A program made the translations under genes and the position numbers. A stretch of DNA of 45,388 bases, from IMG/VR virus record IMGVR_UViG_3300005713_000002, positions 1-45,388 of that record. One strand, given 5' to 3'. Below, one piece after another: positions 1-8,085 of this stretch; position 1 is the stretch's first letter; every line of letters begins with the position of its first letter. Source of the stretch: a virus. Lineage: Duplodnaviria > Caudoviricetes. The notes beneath the pieces were generated by a model. That model did no database searches, was not told the origin of the DNA, and saw nothing but the letters and a program-made list of their open reading frames with translations.

Positions 1-40
1 CGAACAGGGCAGCAACCGAACAGGGCGATCCACACCGGCG
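1..40. repeat. Terminal 40-bp direct repeat (copy 1), most likely assembly circularisation overlap
   Basis: cgaacagggcagcaaccgaacagggcgatccacaccggcg is identical at 1-40 and 45349-45388. Confidence 0.95.
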
Positions 41-1125
41 AAGGCGAAGCAGGCCGGCTGGAATCTCCAAGAAGCCGTGCGTACGTGGAGCGGTGTGACG
101 CCTGCCTCGCGCCAGTTGACGTTGTGTGCGGCGGCTTTCCCTGCCAGCCGCACTCCCTCGCTGGCCGACGGCTGGGTGCCGCCGACCCGCGTGACCTCTG
201 GCCCCAGTTCGCACGACTCGTTCGCGAGCTTGGACCCCGGTGGGTGCTGGCGGAAAACGTCAGCGGGCTACTCTCAAGTGACGCTGGACGGGTCTTTGGA
301 GGAATACTGCGAGACCTGGCCGCGTGCGGGTATGACGCAGAGTGGAACGTGCTATCTGCTGCGGAATTTGGAGCGCCGCATCGACGTGACCGGGTCTGGC
401 TTGTGGCCTACCCCGCGCGCCTACAGCTTCGACGAGAGTCATGCACCGGGCCTGACGCCCCTCGACATTCGGGTGCGGGGCTTGTATCGGGACGATCCGA
501 AACACGCCCGTTATTGGCCGACGCCCCGCGACGGGTCGCCGCCTTCTGCGAGCGCTACGCCGTCTGTCACAACCCCAACGACTGCGATGCCCATGACTGC
601 TGGCTGGTGCGATCCGGCCGCGAGTACCCCGATGGATACATCGACCCGGACGCTGTGGCCGACGCCCTGCGCGGGCGATGCGAAGAGCAGCGGCTCACGC
701 AATACGCCGACGAGCCAGGCACACTTTGGAGTGTCGCTGACCGATGCGGTGCGGGGCGATGCCGGCATGGGACGACGGTGGCCGATGCCCACGGGCCGGG
801 ACTGGAAGGACGGCAGTGCGGAGGCGTGTGCGAACGTGCCGGTGAACGGGCTGCTGGGCCGGACGGTCCACGTCTCTTCACGCCAGGAGGCCCCCGCGAC
901 TGGGAGCCTGAACCCGACGTTCGTGGAATGGCTGATGGGCTACCCCCAGGACTGGACGGTCCTCTGAATGTCTGGGCCGCAGGGGAATGGCCCGGCGTGC
1001 CCCGCGTGGCCACCGGCGTGCCGCACCGGGTGGACCGCCTGCGGGGGCTGGGGAACGCCCTGGTGCCGCAGATCGCGGAATGGCTGGGCCGACGGATCCT
1101 GGCGGCAGAGGCCGACGGCCGTTGA
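1..1125 (+). CDS. DNA (cytosine-5) methyltransferase alpha frame, C-terminal part (gene begins at 45019, ~484 aa across the junction)
   Basis: Motif IV GGFPCQ, motif VI ENV, motif VIII HRRDRVWLVA and motif X RLRGLGNALVPQIAEWLG. In frame with motif I at 45019 after collapsing the overlap. Confidence 0.9.
   Translation, partial: RTGQQPNRAIHTGEGEAGRLESPRSRAYVERCDACLAPVDVVCGGFPCQPHSLAGRRLGAADPRDLWPQFARLVRELGPRWVLAENVSGLLSSDAGRVFGGILRDLAACGYDAEWNVLSAAEFGAPHRRDRVWLVAYPARLQLRRESCTGPDAPRHSGAGLVSGRSETRPLLADAPRRVAAFCERYAVCHNPNDCDAHDCWLVRSGREYPDGYIDPDAVADALRGRCEEQRLTQYADEPGTLWSVADRCGAGRCRHGTTVADAHGPGLEGRQCGGVCERAGERAAGPDGPRLFTPGGPRDWEPEPDVRGMADGLPPGLDGPLNVWAAGEWPGVPRVATGVPHRVDRLRGLGNALVPQIAEWLGRRILAAEADGR
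2..967 (+). CDS. Overlapping +1-frame methyltransferase partner (beta-type, WPTP repeats plus motif IX-like end), C-terminal part; starts at 45173
   Basis: Repeated WPTP/WPMP units and C-terminal LNPTFVEWLMGYPQDWT. The frame stays open across the junction back to an SD-preceded ATG at 45173. Confidence 0.75.
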   Translation, partial: EQGSNRTGRSTPAKAKQAGWNLQEAVRTWSGVTPASRQLTLCAAAFPASRTPSLADGWVPPTRVTSGPSSHDSFASLDPGGCWRKTSAGYSQVTLDGSLEEYCETWPRAGMTQSGTCYLLRNLERRIDVTGSGLWPTPRAYSFDESHAPGLTPLDIRVRGLYRDDPKHARYWPTPRDGSPPSASATPSVTTPTTAMPMTAGWCDPAASTPMDTSTRTLWPTPCAGDAKSSGSRNTPTSQAHFGVSLTDAVRGDAGMGRRWPMPTGRDWKDGSAEACANVPVNGLLGRTVHVSSRQEAPATGSLNPTFVEWLMGYPQDWTVL

Positions 1126-1167
1126 TTCTTTGAATGGCAAATCAATGGCACTGGCACCCTGACATCG

Positions 1168-1581
1168 ATGGCGAAAGGCGGCAAACGGCCCGGCGCGGGC
1201 CGCCCGAAAGGCTCGCGTGACCCGCACACCAAAAGCCGGCAGGTGGTCGAGGAGGAGTTCCGCGCCTTCATGCTGAAGAGCCACGCGGCGCTCTGGCAGG
1301 GGCAGCTTGAGCGCGCGCTCGGGGCCTACGTGCTGGTCGTGAAAACCGAGACCGGCTACGCGCGCGTCACCGACCCGGAGGCGATCGCGCGCCTGCTGGC
1401 CGTGCCGCAGGACCGCGGCGTGCGCTACTGGCGCATCGAGGCGCGGGCGCCGGACCCGGTGCTGGTCAAGGAAATCAACAACCGCCTGATGGGCGTGCCG
1501 CGGCAGGAGGTGGAGGTCAGCGGGGCGCTCTCACTGGCAGAGTTGTTGGCAGCGGCGGAATTGAAACATCGACAAGGATGA
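1168..1581 (+). CDS. terS: Putative terminase small subunit
   Basis: N-terminal GGKRPGAGRPKGS motif typical of small terminases; overlaps the start of terL. Confidence 0.65.
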   Translation: MAKGGKRPGAGRPKGSRDPHTKSRQVVEEEFRAFMLKSHAALWQGQLERALGAYVLVVKTETGYARVTDPEAIARLLAVPQDRGVRYWRIEARAPDPVLVKEINNRLMGVPRQEVEVSGALSLAELLAAAELKHRQG

Positions 1582-3059
1582 CCACAGAGTCGCTCGCCCC
1601 CGATTGTCTGCACCGCTGGAAGACCGACCCCGCATCGATGGTGCGCGAGGAGTTCGGCGTCGAGCCCGACCTGTGGCAGGCCGACGCGCTCGCCGCCTTC
1701 GCGCGCGACGCCGTGCGCCGGCTCGCGCTCAAGGCGTGCAAGGGGCCGGGCAAGACGGCGCTACTCGCTTGGTGCATCCTCAACTTCCTCGCCACGCGCC
1801 CCTACTCGCGCGTCGGCTGCGCGGCGATCACGGCCGACAACCTCTCGACCAACCTCTGGCCCGAGCTGGCCAAGTGGATGGCGCGCTCGGCGTTTTTCAG
1901 CCAGGCGTTTGTCTGGACCAAGACGCGCCTCGAGTGCCGCGAGGCGCCGGAGACCTGGTTCGCCGTGGCGCGCGCCTTTCCCAAGCATGCCGACCCCGAG
2001 GCCCAGGCCAACGCGCTGGCCGGCCTGCACGCCGACCACGTCATGTTCGTGCTCGACGAATCGGGCGGCATGCCGCAGGCGGTCATGGTCACGGCCGAGG
2101 GCATCCTGGCGACCGAAGGCAGCGAGGGGAAACTCCTGCAGAGCGGCAACCCCACGCACACCACCGGCCCGCTGCACCGCGCCTGCACGCAGGACCGGCA
2201 CCTCTGGGAGGTGATCACGATCACCGGCGACCCCGACGACCCGCGCCGCTCGCCGCGCATCAGTCTGCAGTGGGCGCGCGAGCAGATCGCGCAGTATGGG
2301 CGCGACAACCCGTGGGTGAAGGTCAACGTGCTCGGCGAGTTCCCGCCGACCTCGATCAACGCCCTGCTCGGGGTGGACGAGGTCGAGGCCGCCATGCGCC
2401 GGCACCTGCCGGTCGATGCCTACGACTGGGCGCAGAAGCGGATCGGGGTGGACGTCGCCCGCTTCGGGGACGACCGCACGGTGCTCTTCCCGCGCCAGGG
2501 GCTGGCCGCCTTCCGCCCGGTGGTGCTGCGCGGGCAGCGCACCACCACCATTGCGGCGCGCGTGGCGCGGGGCCTGGTGCAGTGGGGCGCCGAGCTCGTG
2601 CTGATTGACGACACCGGGCACTGGGGGCACGGCGTGGTCGATGGGCTCTTCACCGCCGGTTATCCCGTCGTGCCGATCATCGCGAGTGACCCGGCGATCG
2701 ATCCCCGCTACAAGAACCGGCGCGCGGAGATGTGGCTGGCGATGGCCGGCTGGGTGCAGGCCGGGGGCGCGCTGCCGCCCCTGCCGGACCTGGTGCGCGA
2801 GCTGACGGTGCCGACCTATACCTTCCTCGGCGGCAAGTTCGTGCTCGAGGACAAGGACCAGATCAAGGCGCGGCTGGGCGCCTCGCCGGACCTGGCCGAC
2901 GCCCTGGCGCAGACCTTTGCCCTGCCGGACCAGCCGGCGCAGGTCCTCAGTCGGCTGCGCACGGCGGCCTCGGTGCGCTATGACGGCGATCCCTTCGCGC
3001 TCGAGCCGGCGCCGCGGCGCGAGCTGCCCGACCGGGGCCGGTCGGCGGAGGTGCTGTGA
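1578..3059 (+). CDS. terL: Terminase large subunit
   Basis: Walker A ACKGPGKT, Walker B FVLDE, coupling motif SGNP, nuclease motifs GVDVARFGDD and SPDLADAL. Confidence 0.93.
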   Translation: MTTESLAPDCLHRWKTDPASMVREEFGVEPDLWQADALAAFARDAVRRLALKACKGPGKTALLAWCILNFLATRPYSRVGCAAITADNLSTNLWPELAKWMARSAFFSQAFVWTKTRLECREAPETWFAVARAFPKHADPEAQANALAGLHADHVMFVLDESGGMPQAVMVTAEGILATEGSEGKLLQSGNPTHTTGPLHRACTQDRHLWEVITITGDPDDPRRSPRISLQWAREQIAQYGRDNPWVKVNVLGEFPPTSINALLGVDEVEAAMRRHLPVDAYDWAQKRIGVDVARFGDDRTVLFPRQGLAAFRPVVLRGQRTTTIAARVARGLVQWGAELVLIDDTGHWGHGVVDGLFTAGYPVVPIIASDPAIDPRYKNRRAEMWLAMAGWVQAGGALPPLPDLVRELTVPTYTFLGGKFVLEDKDQIKARLGASPDLADALAQTFALPDQPAQVLSRLRTAASVRYDGDPFALEPAPRRELPDRGRSAEVL

Positions 3060-3514
3060 TGCTGCTGCCGCTGACGGAGGATCTGATTGCGACGTGGGCG
3101 GCCGATCCCGACTGTGCGCGACTGGCGGATCGCCATTATTCGCGCGGCCGGCGCGGACATCCGCAGTTTGCCCCCAGCGGGCGCAAACTGGTGCTGCGCG
3201 ATACGGCCGGTTTGGTGGTGTTCGTGTGGTTGTTTCCGGAGGCGACCTACCGCCGCGATGGCCAGGTGGGCTACAACAACACGCTCTTTCGGAATGAGTC
3301 CTCGCGTCTGAGCTCGGCGATCATTCTCGAAGCCGAACGGTATGCGGTCGCGAAGTGGGGACCGAACCGCGGCTACACCTACATTGATGCGCGGAAAGTG
3401 GCTAGCCCTAATCCCGGCTACTGTTTTAAGTGTGCCGGCTGGGTGCATGTCGGTTACTCAAAAGATCAGCACCTGCACTTGCTGGAAAAGTGGCTCGTCG
3501 CGGAGGGGCGGTGA
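3056..3514 (+). CDS. Mom-like (GNAT-fold) putative DNA modification protein
   Basis: LADRHYSR, FRNES and YTYID...NPGYCFKCAGW; the last resembles the TY.D...G..y.A.GW signature of Mom-like proteins. Coupled to terL by a GTGA overlap. Confidence 0.55.
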   Translation: MMLLPLTEDLIATWAADPDCARLADRHYSRGRRGHPQFAPSGRKLVLRDTAGLVVFVWLFPEATYRRDGQVGYNNTLFRNESSRLSSAIILEAERYAVAKWGPNRGYTYIDARKVASPNPGYCFKCAGWVHVGYSKDQHLHLLEKWLVAEGR

Positions 3515-3969
3515 TGATCATTCGCGCCGCGACGCGCGCGGACCAGCCGGCGCTGGTGGCGATGGCGGGGGAGTTCCTCGCCGCCACGCGCTACGGCACG
3601 CTCCTCACCGCCGACGCGGCCTCCGTCGGGCATGCCCTCGCGCTCATCGAGGCACTCGGCGGGCTGGCGCTGGTGGCCGAGGACGCGGGCGCCCTGGTCG
3701 GGATGCTGGCGCTGGTCGTCGGGCCGCATCCCCTGACAGGGGAGCCGACGGCGGAGGAGCTCGTCTGGTGGGCGGCGCCCACGGCCCGCTACGCGCAGGT
3801 CGGGCTGCGCCTGCTGAAGGCGGCCGAGGCGTGGGCGGTGGCGCAGGGCATCGTCTGGCTGGTGCTGGTCGAGCCGCTGCCGCGGGAGACCGTGAGCCGC
3901 TACGGGCGGCTCGGCTACACGGCCATCGAGACGCGCAGCGTCAAGCGGCTCCCGCCGGGGGGCGCGTGA
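3514..3969 (+). CDS. GNAT family N-acetyltransferase-like protein
   Basis: MIIRAAT start, ELVWWAAP, GLRLLKAAEAWA and YGRLGY. ATG overlaps the upstream TGA. Confidence 0.8.
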   Translation: MIIRAATRADQPALVAMAGEFLAATRYGTLLTADAASVGHALALIEALGGLALVAEDAGALVGMLALVVGPHPLTGEPTAEELVWWAAPTARYAQVGLRLLKAAEAWAVAQGIVWLVLVEPLPRETVSRYGRLGYTAIETRSVKRLPPGGA

Positions 3970-4154
3970 TGCGGGACGGCGCCCGGCGGCGGCCCGGTCG
4001 TCCCTCGCTGGACGGGCGTGACCCGAGCGTGTCGGTGCATCTGCGGCTTCCCGCGCGCGTGTATCTCGACCTCGCGCGGCGTGCCCAGGTCGCCGGCTGC
4101 TCGGTGCCGGAACGGCTCCGGCGCGACCTGGTGCCATTGCGGTACCGGAAATAG
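3969..4154 (+). CDS. Small ribbon-helix-helix-like DNA-binding protein (61 aa)
   Basis: GRPSL...VSVHLRLPARVYLDLARRAQVAGCSVPERLRR pattern. ATG overlaps the upstream stop. Confidence 0.6.
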   Translation: MRDGARRRPGRPSLDGRDPSVSVHLRLPARVYLDLARRAQVAGCSVPERLRRDLVPLRYRK

Positions 4155-4180
4155 ACTTGACCCGCCGCTTGTTTTAGAGT
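4152..4180 (+). promoter_or_regulatory. Possible promoter for the virion operon (leaderless start at 4189)
   Basis: TAGACT(4152-57)-17 bp-TAGAGT(4175-80) in an AT-rich gap, ATG 8 nt downstream. Weak consensus match. Confidence 0.3.
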
Positions 4181-4188
4181 AACGCCCG

Positions 4189-4755
4189 ATGGCGTTCACG
4201 ACGTCGCTGGCGATGCCGCGCACGGGCCGACGGTCCCCGGACGGGCGCGTGCTCACCCCGGCCCCGACGCAGGCGCAGGCGCCGGCCCCGGTCGCGGCCT
4301 TCAGCGCGGCGCCGATGCCGATGACGGGGGCCACGACACCGCCCCTGCCGGGGACCGCGCCGCTGCCGGGGTCGCCGCAGGCGCTGGCCCCGCCCACGGG
4401 ACCGGACGGCACGCCGGTCGAGTCCCCTGACCGGCCGCGCGCGGGGGCGCCGCCCCGGTCGGCGATCGAGGCGCGGCGGCGGCGGATTCTGGAGCAGACG
4501 CGGGCCGCCTCGCCCGAGAACCGGCAGCGCGTGTCCGACATTCTGCGCGGGCTCACGGTGGGCGGGGCGCCGCGCGTGCCGCCGGCCCCCGACACGACCC
4601 AGGCGCAGAGTGCCGCCTACGCGGAGGCGGAACGCGCCAGCCGGCGGCGGCGCCGGGTCGCCGAGGCCGGGAGCCTGCGGCGCTCGCCGCTCCCGGCGCC
4701 GAGTGCGGCCCAGGCCGGCATCCGCCCGGTCCTGCAGCTGCCGCGGCTCTACTAG
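4189..4755 (+). CDS. Pro/Ala-rich hypothetical protein upstream of portal
   Basis: Fills the gap before the portal; low-complexity sequence. Confidence 0.6.
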   Translation: MAFTTSLAMPRTGRRSPDGRVLTPAPTQAQAPAPVAAFSAAPMPMTGATTPPLPGTAPLPGSPQALAPPTGPDGTPVESPDRPRAGAPPRSAIEARRRRILEQTRAASPENRQRVSDILRGLTVGGAPRVPPAPDTTQAQSAAYAEAERASRRRRRVAEAGSLRRSPLPAPSAAQAGIRPVLQLPRLY

Positions 4756-4759
4756 CCCC

Positions 4760-6499
4760 ATGCCCGCCCTTGCCGCCGCCGCCCCGTCCGACCCTGCGCT
4801 CCGGCCCCGGCAGCGGTATCTGCAGCTCAAGGCCGCGCTCTGGACCGAGCGCAGTTCCTTCGACGCGCACTGGCGCGACCTCGGCGACTTCCTGCTGCCG
4901 CGCCGCACGCGCTTCTGGCCCGGCGACCGCAACCGGGGCGACAAGCGCAACCAGCAGATCATCGACTCCACGGGGCGCTTTGCCGTGCGGACGCTCCAGA
5001 GCGGGCTGCATGCCGGGCTGACCTCGCCGGCCCGCCCCTGGTTCAAGCTCACCACCCCGGACCCGGAACTGGCCGCCTTCAAGCCGGTCGAGGGGTGGCT
5101 GGTGGAAGTGACGCGCCGCATGCAGGTGGTCTTTGCCGATTCCAATCTCTACAACGTGCTGCCGGTCATCTACGGCGACATGGGGGTGTTTGGCACCGGC
5201 GCCATGAGCGTGCTCGAGGACAGCCAGGACCTGCTGCGCTGCTACGCCTACCCCATCGGCAGCTACGCGCTCGCGCTCGACAGCCGGGGCCTGGCCAACA
5301 CGTTCGTGCGCGAATACGAGCTCACCGTCGAGCAGGTGGTCGAGACCTTCCTCGTGCAGCCCGGCGCCCGCGACATCGACTGGGCGCGCGCCTCGAGCCA
5401 CCTGCGCCATGCCTGGGAGCGCGGCCAGTATCACCAGGCCGTGCCGCTCTGCTGGGTCGTCGTGCCCAACCGCGCGCCGACGCGCGGCGTCGGGCCGGCC
5501 GCGATGCCGTGGGTGTCGTATCACTTCGAGGTCGGCGGCGAGGGGAGCCACGACGGGGTCCTGCGCGCGAGCGGGTTCGCCAGCTTCCCGATCCTGGCGC
5601 CGCGCTGGGACGTGACCGGCGAGGACAGCTACGGCACCGACTGCCCCGGCATGACGGCGCTGGGCGACGTGCGGCAACTGCAGGTGATGCAGCGGCGCAA
5701 GGCGCAGGCCATCCAGAAGATGATCGACCCGCCGCTGGTGGGCTCGTCGGAACTGCGCACGCAGAAGACCTCGCTCCTGCCCGGCGACATCACCTACGTG
5801 CGCGACCCGCAATACGGGCTGCGCTCGGTCCACGACGTCGCGCTCAACCTCGAGCACCTGGTGCGCGACATGGCCGAGACGCAGTACCGCATCCAGCGCG
5901 CCTTTTACGAGGATCTCTTTTTGATGCTCGCCCGGAGCGACGAACAGCTCGGGGCCGACCGCCCCACGGCGCGCGAGATCGAGGAGCGCCACGAGGAGAA
6001 ACTGCTCGCGCTCGGGCCGGTGCTCGAGCGGACCAACGACGAACTGCTCGACCCGCTGATCGACCGCACCTACCTGCTGATGGAGCGCGCCGGGCTGCTG
6101 CCGGAGCCGCCCGAGGACCTGCACGGGGTCTCCCTCAAGGTGGAATACATCTCCATCATGGCGCAGGCGCAGCAACTGGTGGGCGTGGTGGGGCAGGACC
6201 GCTTCCTCGCCTCGGTCGCCCCGCTCGTGCAGGTCTACCCGGAGGTGCGCCACAAGGTCAACGTCAACCGCGTGGTGGACCGCTACGCGGCGATGCTCGG
6301 CATCGACCCGCAGATCGTGCGGAGCGATGAGGAGGCGGCGGCGCTGGCCGAGCAGGACGCCGCGCAGCAGCGCGCCGTGGCCGAGGCGCAGCAGATGCAG
6401 ATGATGGCCAGGGCCGCCAGGGATGCCGGCAGTACGCCGGTCGCGCCGGATTCGGCGCTCGACCGGGTCGTCGGGAACGTCGCGCCCACGCTGGGCTGA
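4760..6499 (+). CDS. Portal (head-to-tail connector) protein
   Basis: LQSGLHAGLTSPARPWFKL, PRWDVTGEDSYG, TAREIEERHEEKLLALGPVLER and LKVEYISIMAQAQ are typical of the T7/BPP-1-type portal. Start taken at ATG 4760. Confidence 0.92.
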   Translation: MPALAAAAPSDPALRPRQRYLQLKAALWTERSSFDAHWRDLGDFLLPRRTRFWPGDRNRGDKRNQQIIDSTGRFAVRTLQSGLHAGLTSPARPWFKLTTPDPELAAFKPVEGWLVEVTRRMQVVFADSNLYNVLPVIYGDMGVFGTGAMSVLEDSQDLLRCYAYPIGSYALALDSRGLANTFVREYELTVEQVVETFLVQPGARDIDWARASSHLRHAWERGQYHQAVPLCWVVVPNRAPTRGVGPAAMPWVSYHFEVGGEGSHDGVLRASGFASFPILAPRWDVTGEDSYGTDCPGMTALGDVRQLQVMQRRKAQAIQKMIDPPLVGSSELRTQKTSLLPGDITYVRDPQYGLRSVHDVALNLEHLVRDMAETQYRIQRAFYEDLFLMLARSDEQLGADRPTAREIEERHEEKLLALGPVLERTNDELLDPLIDRTYLLMERAGLLPEPPEDLHGVSLKVEYISIMAQAQQLVGVVGQDRFLASVAPLVQVYPEVRHKVNVNRVVDRYAAMLGIDPQIVRSDEEAAALAEQDAAQQRAVAEAQQMQMMARAARDAGSTPVAPDSALDRVVGNVAPTLG

Positions 6500-6514
6500 G
6501 AGGAGGAGACCGCT

Positions 6515-6862
6515 ATGCCGCCGACCCCCACCCCCACCATGCCGACCGCGGCGGACCTGACCGCCAGCCTCGAGGCGCTCGAGGCGGCGGTCAGCGCGCT
6601 GGCCGATGCCTATCACACCTACCAGGAGCAGAGCGATGAGGTCCTGCACACGCTCCCGGCCCTGAACGCGCAGCTCACCTGGGCCAACACGGTCGGGGCC
6701 GGGCGCGTGCCGGGGCTGGTGGCGGGGCGGCTGCGCACGCTCGGGCTGGAGCCGGTGCTGCTGGCCGCCAAGCGCCCCGGCCTGGTCGGGGCGGACTGGG
6801 TCGCGGAGCTGACGGCGAAGCTCGAGGCGCTGGTGCCGCCCGAGGCGCCGCCGGAGGCGTGA
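6515..6862 (+). CDS. Hypothetical protein
   Basis: GAGGAG RBS; sits in the operon between portal and scaffold. Confidence 0.7.
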   Translation: MPPTPTPTMPTAADLTASLEALEAAVSALADAYHTYQEQSDEVLHTLPALNAQLTWANTVGAGRVPGLVAGRLRTLGLEPVLLAAKRPGLVGADWVAELTAKLEALVPPEAPPEA

Positions 6863-7002
6863 TGGCCAAGCTCGCCAAGGCGACGATCAAGAAGGCGCAT
6901 CGCCTCGCGCGCAAAATCGCCAAGCGCGGCGGGGCGCGCAACCCCTATGCGGTGGGCACGGCGGTGGCCAAGCGCGCCGCCGCGAAACGGAAGCGCCGAT
7001 GA
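6862..7002 (+). CDS. 46-aa very basic peptide (not in the ORF track)
   Basis: MAKLAKATIKKAHRLARKIAKRGGARNPYAVGTAVAKRAAAKRKRR. GGAGG RBS, TGATG overlap upstream and ATGA overlap downstream. Confidence 0.75.
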   Translation: MAKLAKATIKKAHRLARKIAKRGGARNPYAVGTAVAKRAAAKRKRR

Positions 7003-7400
7003 GACCCGACCGGCCGGCGCTGGTCGGCAACGCCGCCGACCCGCACCAGGTCAAGCGCGGCCGGCGCGTCGAGGCGCAGCGGACGGCGTCGTTCCAGGCG
7101 GCGCTGGCGGTCGTGCTCAAGGGGCGCGACGGGCGGTTCGTGATCTGGGAACTGCTCGAGCGGGCCGGGCTCTACGAGACCTCGCTCCATCCCGACCCGC
7201 ACGAGGTCTACCGGCGGGAAGGGCGGCGCGCGTTCGGGCTGGAGCTGCTGGCGGCGACCGTGGCCGCCGATGACGAACGCTACCTGCTGATGGAGCGCGA
7301 GGCCCGCGCGCGGCAGGCGCACGAGGACCGGGCCAGCCAGGCCGTGCAGGGGCCGCCGGTGGCGGCCTTGACGGCCGAGGAGATGGAGACGCATGGCTGA
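6999..7400 (+). CDS. Bbp19-like phage protein
   Basis: GRFVIWELLERAG...YRREGRRAFGLELL pattern; located between portal and scaffold. Confidence 0.7.
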   Translation: MRPDRPALVGNAADPHQVKRGRRVEAQRTASFQAALAVVLKGRDGRFVIWELLERAGLYETSLHPDPHEVYRREGRRAFGLELLAATVAADDERYLLMEREARARQAHEDRASQAVQGPPVAALTAEEMETHG

Positions 7401-8076
7401 GACCGCCCCGCCGCTGGTGCCGACGCCGGCCCCGGCGGCCCCGCCCCCTGGCGCTGCGACCGCGCCGGGTGCGGAGGCCCCGACGGTCGCCCCCGGCGCG
7501 GCGGCACCCCCGGTGCCGTCGGGCGCTCCCTCCGCGGCGGCCCTGCCCGCCCCGGCGGCGCCCGCGGTCTACACCGTCACGGTCCCGGCCGACGCCACGC
7601 GGCTCGTGAGTGAGCAGGACCTCGCCTATCTCAAGGAGGTCGCGCGCACCAACGCCTGGACCAACGCCGAGCTCCAGACCGAGCTCGACGCGCAGGTCGG
7701 CCGGGCGCGCGCGCGGCGCACCGAGGTCATCAGCGGCTGGGAAGCGACCACGCGGGCCGACGCCGACTACGGCGGCACGCACCTGGGGGACACCCAGCGG
7801 CTCGCCACCCTCGCCATTGACACGGTGCGCCCCGCCTCGCATCCGCGCCGCGACCGGTTCCTGACCTTCCTCAACGAGAGCGGAGGCAGTGTGCATCTGG
7901 AAGTGGTCGCGTTTCTCGCCGACCTCGGGCGCCTGCTGGGCGAGGACCGCGGGGTCCTCGGGCGGGCCGGCGGCGGCGGGGAACGGGACCGGGGCGCCAC
8001 CCTCTACGACCATCCCTCGTCGGTGCAGGCGGCCGAGGCCGTGCGCCAGCGGGGGCTCGGGCCTGGGCGCCCGTAG
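7393..8076 (+). CDS. Putative capsid scaffolding protein
   Basis: Pro/Ala-rich N-terminus, FLNESG..VHLEVVAFLADLGRLLGED and ATLYD near the end; immediately precedes the capsid gene. Confidence 0.7.
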   Translation: MAETAPPLVPTPAPAAPPPGAATAPGAEAPTVAPGAAAPPVPSGAPSAAALPAPAAPAVYTVTVPADATRLVSEQDLAYLKEVARTNAWTNAELQTELDAQVGRARARRTEVISGWEATTRADADYGGTHLGDTQRLATLAIDTVRPASHPRRDRFLTFLNESGGSVHLEVVAFLADLGRLLGEDRGVLGRAGGGGERDRGATLYDHPSSVQAAEAVRQRGLGPGRP

Positions 8077-8085
8077 GAGGCTGAC

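Noticed and set aside
1-40. Terminal repeat as a biological direct terminal repeat or att site
   Set aside because: It falls mid-gene, and both MTase frames read through only when one copy is removed. This fits an assembler overlap on a circular or permuted genome.
4171-4182. GTTTTAGAG resembling the start of a type II CRISPR repeat or sgRNA scaffold
   Set aside because: Single 9-nt match, no repeat-spacer array and no cas gene.
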